Shown piece by piece: positions 9,907-18,486 of a stretch of DNA of 32,000 bases. Source of the stretch: Erysipelothrix larvae (GTDB lineage: Bacteria; Bacillota_I; Bacilli_A; Erysipelotrichales; Erysipelotrichaceae). Location: contig NZ_CP013213.1 of the NCBI RefSeq assembly GCF_001545095.1, positions 240,001-272,000 on the forward strand, written 5' to 3'. The notes beneath the pieces are model-generated. The model was not told the DNA's origin. It saw nothing but the letters and a program-made list of their open reading frames with translations, and made no database searches. The position numbers were made by a program, and so were the translations under genes. Positions within the stretch are counted from its first letter, which is position 1. Every line of letters begins with the position of its first letter.

Positions 9907-10379
9907 TTAAACCTCGATAGAGTGCATCAAATCAAGGATGTATTTCAAAGAAATAAATGAATTCAGTAAGCAGACCACCTTTGTATCACCAAGAGGTTCA
10001 TGCTTTTGCAAGTATCCCAATTGAAATCTATGCATCAAAAAAGACTTTTGAAACGTTGGCACTAAAATCATCCAAGGAGTATTCCTCATTGATCTAATTA
10101 TACGCCTTACACTGAAACTGAGTTGACTTACCATTGTTATCGTGAGTATAGTCATGGGGAGCACCACATCGTGGACAAGAAGTCTTCTTAGGAATCGCTG
10201 AACCTTTGCGTCTGGTCCTTACCTTTTCGTTCAAAGCATTCAGCCTTCGCTTGTTCAAAAGTTATGGGAGTATGTTGTTTATGGATATCAGGTGGTTGAT
10301 CAACTCGAAAGTATCGGTAAGGATCGGATACTGGAGATGGGTTTTTATCTTTAGGTAGGAAACGAATAAGAAAAAACAA
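9907..10379 (-). mobile_element. Transposon-protein remnant with a Zn-ribbon, possibly the C-terminal tail of TnpB/OrfB
   Basis: Three frames are needed to read ...ITFEQAKAECFERKGKDQTQRFSDS* / KKTSCPRCGAPHDYTHDNNGKSTQFQCKAYN* / INEEYSLDDFSANVSK. The CxxC...CK pattern followed by a D..ANV-like motif resembles the TnpB Zn-ribbon/RuvC-III region. The family assignment is tentative. Confidence 0.3.
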
Positions 10380-10664
10380 TGTTTGAAAATTGATTTAGAA
10401 ATGAAGTTTAAAATTGAAAGCTGAAGTGATATAATCTTAACCATGATAGTAGTTCTCCTATTGTGGTTAGTTGCTTACAATTGTAGAGAATTGCTACCTC
10501 TTTTTGAATATGAGGGCATTAAATGTTTGTAAGTCCACCCAAACTAAGGGGGGGAAAGACAAAAAATGATATAAAACAGTAGTGAATAAAGGGGTCGTGA
10601 GCTGTTTTACTGGTTGATTTACTAATCAGTTTTGACACAACCTATTAAGTACAAGGGGGATTTT

Positions 10665-11024
10665 ATGATATATGAAGACGGAACTGTAATAGAAGAATCT
10701 GATTTGACAGCTATCTATTCTAGAAGAATTGAAAAACACGAAAATTATGAAGTGTGGCAACACCCTTATATCAGGGGAGATGTTTTAGAGAATGATCCTG
10801 ATTTTCAGCTTGTTTATTTTAATATAGACGGTTCTGTAGACGCTTATCATGTGTCAGATAAAGCATATAGATTTAAAGATCTAGTTCATTTAGGGAAACT
10901 GCAACTTGTCTACCATGATATTACTTTAGAGTTCTACGAATACACGCACCTAGTAAAAGATGTGTGGTCAAGTGAGTCGGATTTTTACTTTTCAGAAATA
11001 TTAAAGAAAAAGGAAAGGGAATAG
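10665..11024 (+). CDS. Hypothetical cytoplasmic protein
   Basis: 119 aa from ATG 10665, preceded by AAGGGGGA. No recognisable motif. Confidence 0.5.
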   Translation: MIYEDGTVIEESDLTAIYSRRIEKHENYEVWQHPYIRGDVLENDPDFQLVYFNIDGSVDAYHVSDKAYRFKDLVHLGKLQLVYHDITLEFYEYTHLVKDVWSSESDFYFSEILKKKERE

Positions 11025-11493
11025 TAAGGGAGTGTTGCAAAAAAGCACTCATAAATTTACGTTTTATTTAAGTAAATTAGTTGCATGATTATTGCATTCT
11101 CCTTAGCTTTTACCGTGGTTACTATTACAGCATATGCAGCGAATAGGTGGATAGTATAAAAACATCATGGAAAGATTATCTGGGGTCTTTAGATAATCAT
11201 GCAAAATCTTAGTATCATACCCTTTGATAATGAATCTTCCCATTTAGATTAAGTGCGATTAGACAATATGCAAGACCAACTTTGACAAAATCAAATAAGA
11301 TGTGAGGGAGTATTTGCGCAAGATCATAGTCATGGTGGTTTTCTCAGAAGTTTTTTTAAAACGTGCATGGGTTTATTCTTCATACACCTTCTTTAAACGA
11401 GACTTCATGTTACAATCACCAATAATAAATCATGCTAGTAGGCATTATATATGATTGCTTTGTATGGTATGATTATCACAAAAAGAGGTGCTT

Positions 11494-12336
11494 ATGTCGA
11501 AGAAAAAAAGAAAACTATGCGTATTTATTGGTGTTGTTGGCATCTGTATGTGGTTGTATTGGGGAAACCATGCGATTCAAACGACCACGATTACAGTGGC
11601 AGTTAATGAAGCATCACAAGGGTTGCAGGGTTTTACGATTGTACAGGTTTCAGACGTTCATAATGCATCATTTGGGTCACAACAACACAAACTCATTGAT
11701 CGCATTAAGAAGGAGTCGCCAGATATTATCGCAATCACAGGTGATTTAATTGATTCAAGTCATACTGATGTTGAGGCTGCGATGACACTGATTCGGGGAC
11801 TCACTGATTTTGCTCCAATATACTTTATAACAGGGAATCATGAAGCATGGACGCATCAATATGCGGACCTAAAACAACAATTACTTGAAGCAGGCGTATT
11901 TATCTTAGAAGATACCGATACGATCATCGAGGTGAATGATGTTTCTATTCAGCTTATTGGATTAAGTGATCCAGATTTTACAGGAGGACTTGATGTAATT
12001 GAACGGGAAGGTTTCTTATCTAAGAAACTGGAACAGCTTATTGAAACGAAACATGACTATTCGATTGTGCTATCACATAGACCAGAGTTTTTTGATGTCT
12101 ATACATCATCCGGTGTTGATCTAGTACTTACGGGACATGCACATGGTGGTCAAGTACGGTTGCCGTTTTTGGGCGGACTTGTCGCCCCTAATCAAGGGTT
12201 GTTCCCTGATTATTCAGAAGGGGTTTATGAAAGGGACAAAACACGGATGGTTGTGAGTCGAGGATTGGGAAATAGTATCATTCCTTTACGCATCAATAAT
12301 CGACCTGAGCTTGTGGTGGTTCGCTTAGGATCATAA
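11494..12336 (+). CDS. Membrane-anchored metallophosphoesterase (YkuE/calcineurin-like family)
   Basis: Motifs VSDVHN, GDLID, GNHE and GHAHGG in order, with an N-terminal TM helix. ATG 11494 follows a GAGGTG Shine-Dalgarno. Confidence 0.9.
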   Translation: MSKKKRKLCVFIGVVGICMWLYWGNHAIQTTTITVAVNEASQGLQGFTIVQVSDVHNASFGSQQHKLIDRIKKESPDIIAITGDLIDSSHTDVEAAMTLIRGLTDFAPIYFITGNHEAWTHQYADLKQQLLEAGVFILEDTDTIIEVNDVSIQLIGLSDPDFTGGLDVIEREGFLSKKLEQLIETKHDYSIVLSHRPEFFDVYTSSGVDLVLTGHAHGGQVRLPFLGGLVAPNQGLFPDYSEGVYERDKTRMVVSRGLGNSIIPLRINNRPELVVVRLGS

Positions 12337-12359
12337 AGTAGGTTTTAGATGAATGGAAT

Positions 12360-12386
12360 AAAAAAGCTCCTTGTACGGAGCTTTTC
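12360..12386. terminator. Bidirectional rho-independent terminator between convergent genes
   Basis: Perfect AAAAGCTCC-ttgtac-GGAGCTTTT hairpin with A/T runs on both sides. It lies between the metallophosphoesterase stop (12336) and the GGT stop (12397). Confidence 0.85.
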
Positions 12387-12396
12387 AATTGGATTA

Positions 12397-14010
12397 CTAA
12401 TAAGCGGCCAGTGTTCCATCGGCACGGGATTCTGTGCCTCCAACATAAACGCCATTCTTTTGTTTGATGATGATTTGTCCACGTCCATACATCAAAGATT
12501 CATTCGCATAAATGACATTGTGTCCCAGGTTTAAGAGTCCTAAAGCGATGCTCTTTGGGAAGTCGGGTTCAACTTCAATTGTTTTATCCTTGAGCCATTG
12601 CCAACGCGGTGCATCCAATGCATCTTGTGGATTAAGGTGGAAATCAATGAGGTTTGTAACTGCCTGTACGTGTGCTTGAGGTTGAAGGGGTCCTCCCATA
12701 ATTCCAAAAGGTCCTAGATGGACATCATCTTGACTTAAGAATCCTGGGATAATGGTATGGTAAGGTCGTTTAAATGGTGCGAGTTCATTAGCATGACCTT
12801 TCTTTAGGTTAAATTGCGCACCACGGTTATGAAGTGCGACGCCATAACCTGGTACAAAGCACCCTGAACCAAATCCAGTGTAACAACTTTGTATGTATGA
12901 TACCATGTTTCCTTCGTTATCTGCAGTTGCAAGATAAACGGTTCCACCACCAGGTGCTTCATCAAATGTTGGCATGCATGCTTCATTTAAATCAATTACA
13001 GCTGCTCTTTTCTTTGCGTATTCTTTTGACAAGAGCATGTCGAGATTTACATGAGTGAATTTTGGATCTCCAATGTATTGGAGTCCATCACTAAATGCAA
13101 GCTTGATGGATTCGATAATCTTGTGGTATGAGTCGACATCTTTCCCATTACTTAGTTCGAAGTTTTCTAAGATGTTAAGTGCTTCTAAAACAACGGGACC
13201 TTGGGTATTTGGTGGTAGTTGCCACACATCGTAACCTCGGTAATTTGTGGATAAGGGTTGAACAAATTCAACGTCAAATTTTTCTAAATCACTTTTACGT
13301 AAATACCCATTGTAATCCTTCATAAAGGCATCAATTGCATCCGCAATTTCACCTTTATAGAATGCATCGGAATTCGTTTCACCGATAAGTCGCAAAGTTT
13401 TTGCGTGATCTTTGAGGACAATCTTATCCCCAACTTGAGGGATACCCTCATGGATTTTAAAAGTATCAAACCATGTCTTCAGCTCTGGGTGATTTTTGAG
13501 TTGGTCACCGTAAGTTTTCGCGTATCGTTTGAATAGCCTGCCTACAGTTGGGGCTACAGCATAGCCGTTTTCTGCAAGAAAAATCGCCGGTTCAAGCACA
13601 TCAATCAGAGGCAATTTTCCAAATTTTTTGGATAATGCTGCCCATGATTTTGGAATACCAGGTACAGTAACGGGTGTCACACCAAAGAGATCAATCGTAT
13701 CACCTTTTTTACGTAATTCATCTGCGTTAATGAGTTCAGGTGCAAAACCAGAACCATTTAGGCCATATAGTTTTCCTTGATAACTGATGATTGCGAATGC
13801 GTCACCACCAATACCATTTCCTGAAGGTTCACACACGGTAAGGGTTGCGGCTGTTGCGATTGCGGCATCAATGGCGTTCCCCCCTTTTTTTAAGATCTCA
13901 AGTCCCGCTTGTGCAGCATAGGGGTTTGAGCTTCCTACCATTCCATTGGCACCATAAACGAGGTTTCGCTGTGATGTATAGTAGTGAACGTATGGGTTAA
14001 ATTTTAACAT
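12397..14010 (-). CDS. ggt: Gamma-glutamyltransferase family protein without a signal peptide
   Basis: 537 aa with NAIDAAIA, GIGGDAF and the autoprocessing/nucleophile context PGGGTVYL. There is no N-terminal hydrophobic signal. GGAGG Shine-Dalgarno. Confidence 0.92.
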   Translation of the reverse strand: MLKFNPYVHYYTSQRNLVYGANGMVGSSNPYAAQAGLEILKKGGNAIDAAIATAATLTVCEPSGNGIGGDAFAIISYQGKLYGLNGSGFAPELINADELRKKGDTIDLFGVTPVTVPGIPKSWAALSKKFGKLPLIDVLEPAIFLAENGYAVAPTVGRLFKRYAKTYGDQLKNHPELKTWFDTFKIHEGIPQVGDKIVLKDHAKTLRLIGETNSDAFYKGEIADAIDAFMKDYNGYLRKSDLEKFDVEFVQPLSTNYRGYDVWQLPPNTQGPVVLEALNILENFELSNGKDVDSYHKIIESIKLAFSDGLQYIGDPKFTHVNLDMLLSKEYAKKRAAVIDLNEACMPTFDEAPGGGTVYLATADNEGNMVSYIQSCYTGFGSGCFVPGYGVALHNRGAQFNLKKGHANELAPFKRPYHTIIPGFLSQDDVHLGPFGIMGGPLQPQAHVQAVTNLIDFHLNPQDALDAPRWQWLKDKTIEVEPDFPKSIALGLLNLGHNVIYANESLMYGRGQIIIKQKNGVYVGGTESRADGTLAAY

Positions 14011-14030
14011 AAACTAAATACCTCCTTTTG

Positions 14031-15221
14031 TTATTTAATCAGTGGTGCAAGAATTCCAGCAATTACAACTGAGAAAGTTGTAACTGAAGCAAAACCTGCA
14101 ATTACATAGGTTGGTGCAATTACTTCAAGCACTGCAGCTTGTTCATCCTTGTCATCACTCACTGCCTTAGCAATTTCGTTTGCAATTAAGTAGGTTGATG
14201 GGAATCCAAGGAGTTGTCCAACAGCAATCCCAACAGCAATGTTTTTTGAACCCACGATTTTTCCAGTCGGTAACACATAGAATACTAAGAGTAATGCTGC
14301 GATTGTGACAACAAAGACTAAGAGTAAGTTAAGTCCTAATTCGGCGAAATCGCTGAATGAAATTGACGCGAGTGAAGGAATGATGGATGCAAATACCACA
14401 ATTGATAAGAATCCAGATGTTTTCCCTTTTTCAAGTATTTTTGGTGGTACTAATCCTGTATAACCAATAACAGCACCAAAGAGTAGACAAAGAATCGTAT
14501 AGTGGATGTTTATGCCAACTTGTAATAATCCTTTTGCGCTGATGTTTGCGATAAATACAAATAAGGCACTCAAACCAAGGCAGACAAAGTCTGTAAAATA
14601 CTTATCATATTTTTCATAAAATGGTACAGTTGTTTCCTTTTCTACTGCTTTGCCTTCTTTTACAAGCGGACTTGTTGGTTTTCCAGCACGGTATCGTTCG
14701 ATGATGAGTCGTGCCTCTTTGAGTCCAAAAAAGGACGCAATTGGGGTTCCAACAAATTTTTGAACAGCATAGAGGATTGCGGCAAATGCAGCAACTGTCG
14801 GTGCATCCACCGCCATCGCAGCATCAGACATCATTTTCGTCGCGATGAGTCCTCCATTAATAATTGGAATTGATGCGATCACATTGTTTGATCCAATAAC
14901 TGGGATCAAGACCAAAAGTGCTACACCCGCTACAACCATGGATAAAACAGTCAGTAAAACGGTTCGCCATTCTTGGATAAGTTGTTTGATGTTAATCATG
15001 GTACCCATGTGGAATACTAAGAATCCTGCAGCCCATGTAGATACTACATCTAATCCAGAAATTGCGATAATATCTTTTGGTATAATGCCACTCATAAATC
15101 CTACCAAAAAGATAATTAACGCTACAAATACAGATGATACTTTTGCCTTGGTCGCAATGCCTAAAAAGTCTCCGATTGCGAAAATTCCAAAGCACACTAA
15201 TAATGCTCCAAATATAGTCAT
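14031..15221 (-). CDS. Polytopic secondary transporter of an uncharacterised family, with two homologous halves
   Basis: 396 aa from ATG 15221 with an AAGGGAGAAG Shine-Dalgarno. Hydrophobic throughout, with a central charged loop. The halves resemble each other (GIIPKDI versus GLVPPKI). The gap to ggt is only 20 nt, so the two are co-transcribed. Confidence 0.75.
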   Translation of the reverse strand: MTIFGALLVCFGIFAIGDFLGIATKAKVSSVFVALIIFLVGFMSGIIPKDIIAISGLDVVSTWAAGFLVFHMGTMINIKQLIQEWRTVLLTVLSMVVAGVALLVLIPVIGSNNVIASIPIINGGLIATKMMSDAAMAVDAPTVAAFAAILYAVQKFVGTPIASFFGLKEARLIIERYRAGKPTSPLVKEGKAVEKETTVPFYEKYDKYFTDFVCLGLSALFVFIANISAKGLLQVGINIHYTILCLLFGAVIGYTGLVPPKILEKGKTSGFLSIVVFASIIPSLASISFSDFAELGLNLLLVFVVTIAALLLVFYVLPTGKIVGSKNIAVGIAVGQLLGFPSTYLIANEIAKAVSDDKDEQAAVLEVIAPTYVIAGFASVTTFSVVIAGILAPLIK

Positions 15222-15591
15222 ATACACTTCTCCCTTTTTTTGTATATTGCGATACAGTATAGCACTGGGGTTTATTGATTTCAAGGGATTATTTACGAAA
15301 TGCAGTTCAAGGATTTGTAACAAATCATGAAAATGTGATGAAAATGAACTAACTTGTGAAAATATTTGCAGAATTATATGAAAAGGACGGACGATATTTT
15401 CAAGAGTGAAATGTATCTATGGAAATTAGGGCACGCTTTTAGATCAAATTATTCCTCATAATTAGGGTAGCAAAACTACGTTCCATAGATGTTAAGCACA
15501 GTTTCAAAAAGGTATAACAAATACAGAATTCTTTGAATAATTACAACTGAGTTATTACTTCGGAAATAAGTGAGAAGTAAGAAAATCTGCG

Positions 15592-15621
15592 AAAAAAAAG
15601 GTGATACGATGTATCAACCTT
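15592..15621 (-). terminator. Rho-independent terminator of the AIM24-family gene
   Basis: On the minus strand: AAGGTTGATAC-atc-GTATCACCTT followed by T8. It overlaps the TAA stop. Confidence 0.8.
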
Positions 15622-16288
15622 ATTTCGCAACAAATGGAGCAAGTACGCCTGCAAGACCTGTAATTGTGATTGATTGTAATGTCACAGTTCCAGGTCCTTT
15701 TATTACGGTATCAAAGAATCCTTCACCGCCAAGTAATTTGTTCTTGAGTCCCTTAACGCTGACAACCTCAAGGGAACAAGTTGAATCCATAACGGCCATG
15801 ATTCCTGTATCACAAACAAGTTCTTCCCCTGATTGTAGTTCATAGTCAACAGCGTGACCATCAATTTCTACAAAAGCAATTCCAGGACCAGTGATCTTCT
15901 GAAGGATAAATCCTTCACCCCCAACAAGACCTGCTCCGAGTTTCTTTTGCATATGAATCTCAAGCTTTACGGATTCTGTTGCGCCAAGAAATGCTCTTTT
16001 CTGACAAATTAGGGATTGACCCGCTTGGAGTTCATAAGCACGAATACTTCCTGGAAAAGAGGATGCAAATGCTATTTCTACTGGACCTTGGGCTTCATAA
16101 TAACTGAGGAATAAACTTTCACCAGATACCATCCTACCCATCATTTTTCCAAGCCCACCGCCTTTAGTCTCAGTATTAATGGGGCCTTTTACCCATGTAC
16201 GTCCACCGACTTCACTAAACATTTTTTCGCCCTTTTCCAATTCACAAATTGCAACTGGTAATGGTTCTCCAACAATACGGTACTTCAT
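15620..16288 (-). CDS. AIM24/TIGR00266 (DUF124) family protein
   Basis: 222 aa, Gly-rich beta-type sequence with GGLGKMMGRMVSGESLF and LLGGEGFF, typical of this family. GGAGGA Shine-Dalgarno. Confidence 0.85.
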   Translation of the reverse strand: MKYRIVGEPLPVAICELEKGEKMFSEVGGRTWVKGPINTETKGGGLGKMMGRMVSGESLFLSYYEAQGPVEIAFASSFPGSIRAYELQAGQSLICQKRAFLGATESVKLEIHMQKKLGAGLVGGEGFILQKITGPGIAFVEIDGHAVDYELQSGEELVCDTGIMAVMDSTCSLEVVSVKGLKNKLLGGEGFFDTVIKGPGTVTLQSITITGLAGVLAPFVAK

Positions 16289-16364
16289 GAGTCCTCCTTA
16301 TAGATGCGTGTATGCATGTGACTAATAAGAAAATTATATCATTATCTAAATATTCAAACAATAG

Positions 16365-16414
16365 TGTAAAGTATACTTGACATCACATCGATTCTATGTT
16401 AAGTTTACTTTACA
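16365..16414 (+). promoter_or_regulatory. Promoter of the XRE operon bracketed by a 9-bp inverted repeat (candidate operator)
   Basis: TTGACA at 16377-16382, a 17-nt spacer, then TAAGTT at 16400-16405. TGTAAAGTA (16365-16373) and TACTTTACA (16406-16414) are perfect inverted repeats flanking it. Confidence 0.5.
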
Positions 16415-16428
16415 TAGGAGGTGGTGTG

Positions 16429-16632
16429 GTGATTACAAATAGAATTAAAGAAATTCGAGAAATTAAAGGGTACACTCAAATTGATCTCGCTTCGATGGTG
16501 CAAGTTTCAAGGCAGACCATAATCTCCCTTGAAAAGGGGTCCTATAATCCCACTTTAGAACTTGCTTTTAAGATTAGTATCGCATTGGATGCGAATATAA
16601 ATGACATATTTATGATGGAGGATGAAAAATGA
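16429..16632 (+). CDS. XRE-family helix-turn-helix transcriptional regulator (small YozG-like type)
   Basis: HTH GYTQIDLASMVQVSRQTIISLEKG. The likely GTG start at 16429 lies 7 nt after AGGAGG. The track start at 16396 lies inside the promoter/operator. Confidence 0.85.
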   Translation: MITNRIKEIREIKGYTQIDLASMVQVSRQTIISLEKGSYNPTLELAFKISIALDANINDIFMMEDEK

Positions 16633-17525
16633 AACGGTTTAGGAATCGAGTGGTGTATCTTGTCATTGTGGTGTGGGGTCTCTTTTTTTCGCACCAAGTC
16701 TATCGTGCATTTATTAAAGATGTGACATTAGGTAGAGTTACATCTAAGGATTTTGTCTTCTTTTTAGTAATGCTGGTTGGGTTTGTTGTTTTCTTGGTTT
16801 CGAGTTTGATTATTGAAAAGCGAAAATCAGGGCTTCCTTTGAAGTTGTTTTTGAAAGAGCATATTGATGTGCTTGATGAAGATGAGCGTGCATATCAGAT
16901 TGATGCAAGTGTTCGAAGATCAACGGCCTCGATCCTCTTAATGGCGACAATTATTATTTGGGTTATTCTGGAATCGTGGCTACACATTAACGTGTTCACA
17001 AACGCAGATTTGCTTTTCTTGATGGCAGTTCTCTTTACGATTTACCAACTCTTGACCTATCATTCAATTAAGAAAGTATATGAATCAGATGAGCAATCAC
17101 TTGTTTTGAAGCATTCATTTATTAAAAGTGTGTGTATTGCAATCATTACGATTGGACTCTTTGTGGGATGGCAAAGGATACAAAATATTGAATCTGATCA
17201 TCAAAAAAACAATGTAACCATCGTAGGGTTTACTCAAACCGCTGGATCGAGTGTGAGCTTTGGTCCTATTGAAGGGCAGTTAGATTCAAAGACACAATCA
17301 ATTGTTGTTTCACAAGATAATTATAGAATTTTAAATCGGATACTGAATCTAGATATTGATAGCCTTCGGGTATTCAATGGCACGATTGACGCGTATCAAA
17401 AAGCGAGAGAGGATCATGTCTACACAAAAAATATGGACCCGGATTTGTTCTATCTTGGACTTAGTCCAGTGAGCGTTGTATTTAATGATTTTGATATGGG
17501 GATAGTGATACTGGTTGTTGAATAA
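16629..17525 (+). CDS. Membrane protein partner of the XRE regulator (4 TM helices plus a C-terminal extracytoplasmic domain)
   Basis: 298 aa. ATGA overlap with the regulator gene. Small-HTH-plus-membrane-protein is a common pairing. Confidence 0.7.
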   Translation: MKRFRNRVVYLVIVVWGLFFSHQVYRAFIKDVTLGRVTSKDFVFFLVMLVGFVVFLVSSLIIEKRKSGLPLKLFLKEHIDVLDEDERAYQIDASVRRSTASILLMATIIIWVILESWLHINVFTNADLLFLMAVLFTIYQLLTYHSIKKVYESDEQSLVLKHSFIKSVCIAIITIGLFVGWQRIQNIESDHQKNNVTIVGFTQTAGSSVSFGPIEGQLDSKTQSIVVSQDNYRILNRILNLDIDSLRVFNGTIDAYQKAREDHVYTKNMDPDLFYLGLSPVSVVFNDFDMGIVILVVE

Positions 17526-17560
17526 AAAAAACAGGGGTCATAGTGTGTATGATCCCTGTA
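17523..17560. terminator. Terminator between convergent genes, strongest for the minus-strand csbD-like gene
   Basis: ACAGGGGTCAT-agtgtgt-ATGATCCCTGT (11 bp with one G-U pair), with an A8 run on the plus-strand 5' side that reads as a U-tract on the minus strand. Confidence 0.8.
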
Positions 17561-17571
17561 TATTAAGCAGA

Positions 17572-17799
17572 TTATTTGTTGAATTTATCTTTTATATCAT
17601 CAACAACATCTTCAGCTTTGTCAAAGACGTCGTGTGCTACGTCTTCTGCTTTTTCTTTTACATCATGGGCAACTTCCTTAACTTTACCTACTGCTTGATC
17701 AAAGATTCCTTCAGCTTTGGTTTTAGTATCTCCAGTTAAGTCACCAACGGTTTCTTTAACTTTACCTTTGATTTTGTCGCCTGTTGAATTGTCTGGCAT
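17572..17799 (-). CDS. CsbD-family general stress protein
   Basis: 75 aa from ATG 17799 after AAGGAGGG. Carries the CsbD repeats KGKVKETVGDLTGD and AEGIFDQAVGKVKE. Confidence 0.88.
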   Translation of the reverse strand: MPDNSTGDKIKGKVKETVGDLTGDTKTKAEGIFDQAVGKVKEVAHDVKEKAEDVAHDVFDKAEDVVDDIKDKFNK

Positions 17800-17818
17800 G
17801 GTCGAGCCCTCCTTTAAC

Positions 17819-17847
17819 ATTATAGTAGCACCATTGATACCCAACAA
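17819..17847 (-). promoter_or_regulatory. Sigma-A-type promoter of the csbD-like gene
   Basis: Minus strand: TTGTTG (17842-17847), 17-nt spacer, TATAAT (17819-17824). Confidence 0.5.
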
Positions 17848-18010
17848 CAATTGTTATGCTTTGTGTGACTTATAATTGTTTCAAAAACCCATCGATGATA
17901 ATTGTCGGTAAATTATGGGGTATTTTGTGTTCTTATAGGTAAAGGGAATGAAGGATTGTTTAAGTTAACGATTGTTGATAAAATTATTATATTAGGAGTG
18001 TAAACATTGT

Positions 18011-18469
18011 ATGGATCGTAAAACATTCAAGGTATTTATGAGTTTTCTTGTGTTGTTAGTTGGCTGTGGTCAGACCAATAGTGCTGTAAAAGATTTTAAG
18101 GATTTTGGATTAAGCGCACCGAAGAGTTCGATTCGTGAGGATGTGTATCAAGAAGATCGTTAGTTTGGTGAAGCAAGTGATTATATCATTTATGAATATG
18201 ATGATGCGTATGTTCAAATGTTGGATGCAGTTGAACTTGAATCATGGACTGTTCAAAAAACACAGTATAATCAAGTTGCATCTGGAAGTTTGCAATCGAT
18301 GCAGGGAACGTTTGATTCAATAGATTTCACTCAAAAAGCGAAAGCTTGTGGTTCCTATGACGGATACTTAATAGAAACAAAGTATCCAAGTACAAATCCT
18401 GAAACGCAGGCATATATCATGGTATGTGAAGAAATAGGAGAGATGATTTTTATTTTTAGTTATTGGTAA
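18011..18469 (+). pseudogene. Lipoprotein gene interrupted by an in-frame TAG at 18161-18163
   Basis: MDRKTFKVFMSFLVLLVGCGQ carries the lipobox LLVGC. After 50 codons a TAG is followed in the same frame (18011 and 18218 are both position 2 mod 3) by 101 more open codons ending at 18469. Confidence 0.7.
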
Positions 18470-18486
18470 AACAATTATGGGGGAAT

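Noticed and set aside
10548-10554. G7 homopolymer as a slipped-strand phase-variation switch
   Set aside because: It is intergenic, not positioned within a promoter spacer or a coding start that I can define, and the tract is short.
11085-11159. 24-aa hydrophobic peptide MIIAFSLAFTVVTITAYAANRWIV as a type I toxin-like gene
   Set aside because: It has no Shine-Dalgarno, no obvious antisense RNA partner and no conservation evidence.
12804-13058. ORFs 12804-12986 (-) and 12834-13058 (+) inside ggt
   Set aside because: They are alternative-frame or antisense shadows within a well-supported gene.
14845-15330. 161-aa plus-strand ORF, and the N-terminal 34-codon extension of the transporter ORF
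   Set aside because: The plus-strand ORF is an antisense shadow of the transporter. The extension lacks a Shine-Dalgarno, whereas ATG 15221 has AAGGGAGAAG.
15570-15845. 91-aa plus-strand ORF
   Set aside because: It is antisense to the AIM24-family gene and spans that gene's terminator.
17515-17739. 74-aa plus-strand ORF
   Set aside because: It is antisense to the csbD-like gene and crosses the terminator hairpin.
17837-17842. GGGTAT (minus strand) as a SigB-type -10 element for the csbD-like gene
   Set aside because: There is no GTTT-type -35 at the right spacing. A sigma-A-type TTGTTG-17-TATAAT explains the region better.
3707-18163. In-frame TAG codons in the secreted peptide, IstB and the lipoprotein (plus TGA/TAA in the sigma gene) as evidence of stop-codon reassignment or programmed read-through
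   Set aside because: TAG, TGA and TAA each terminate well-conserved genes at their expected lengths here: TAG ends the ABC ATPase, GGT, the anti-sigma-like gene and the 386-aa membrane protein; TGA ends the permeases; TAA ends the transporter and AIM24. All three stop types also occur among the lesions, and frameshifts accompany them. Ordinary pseudogenisation fits better.
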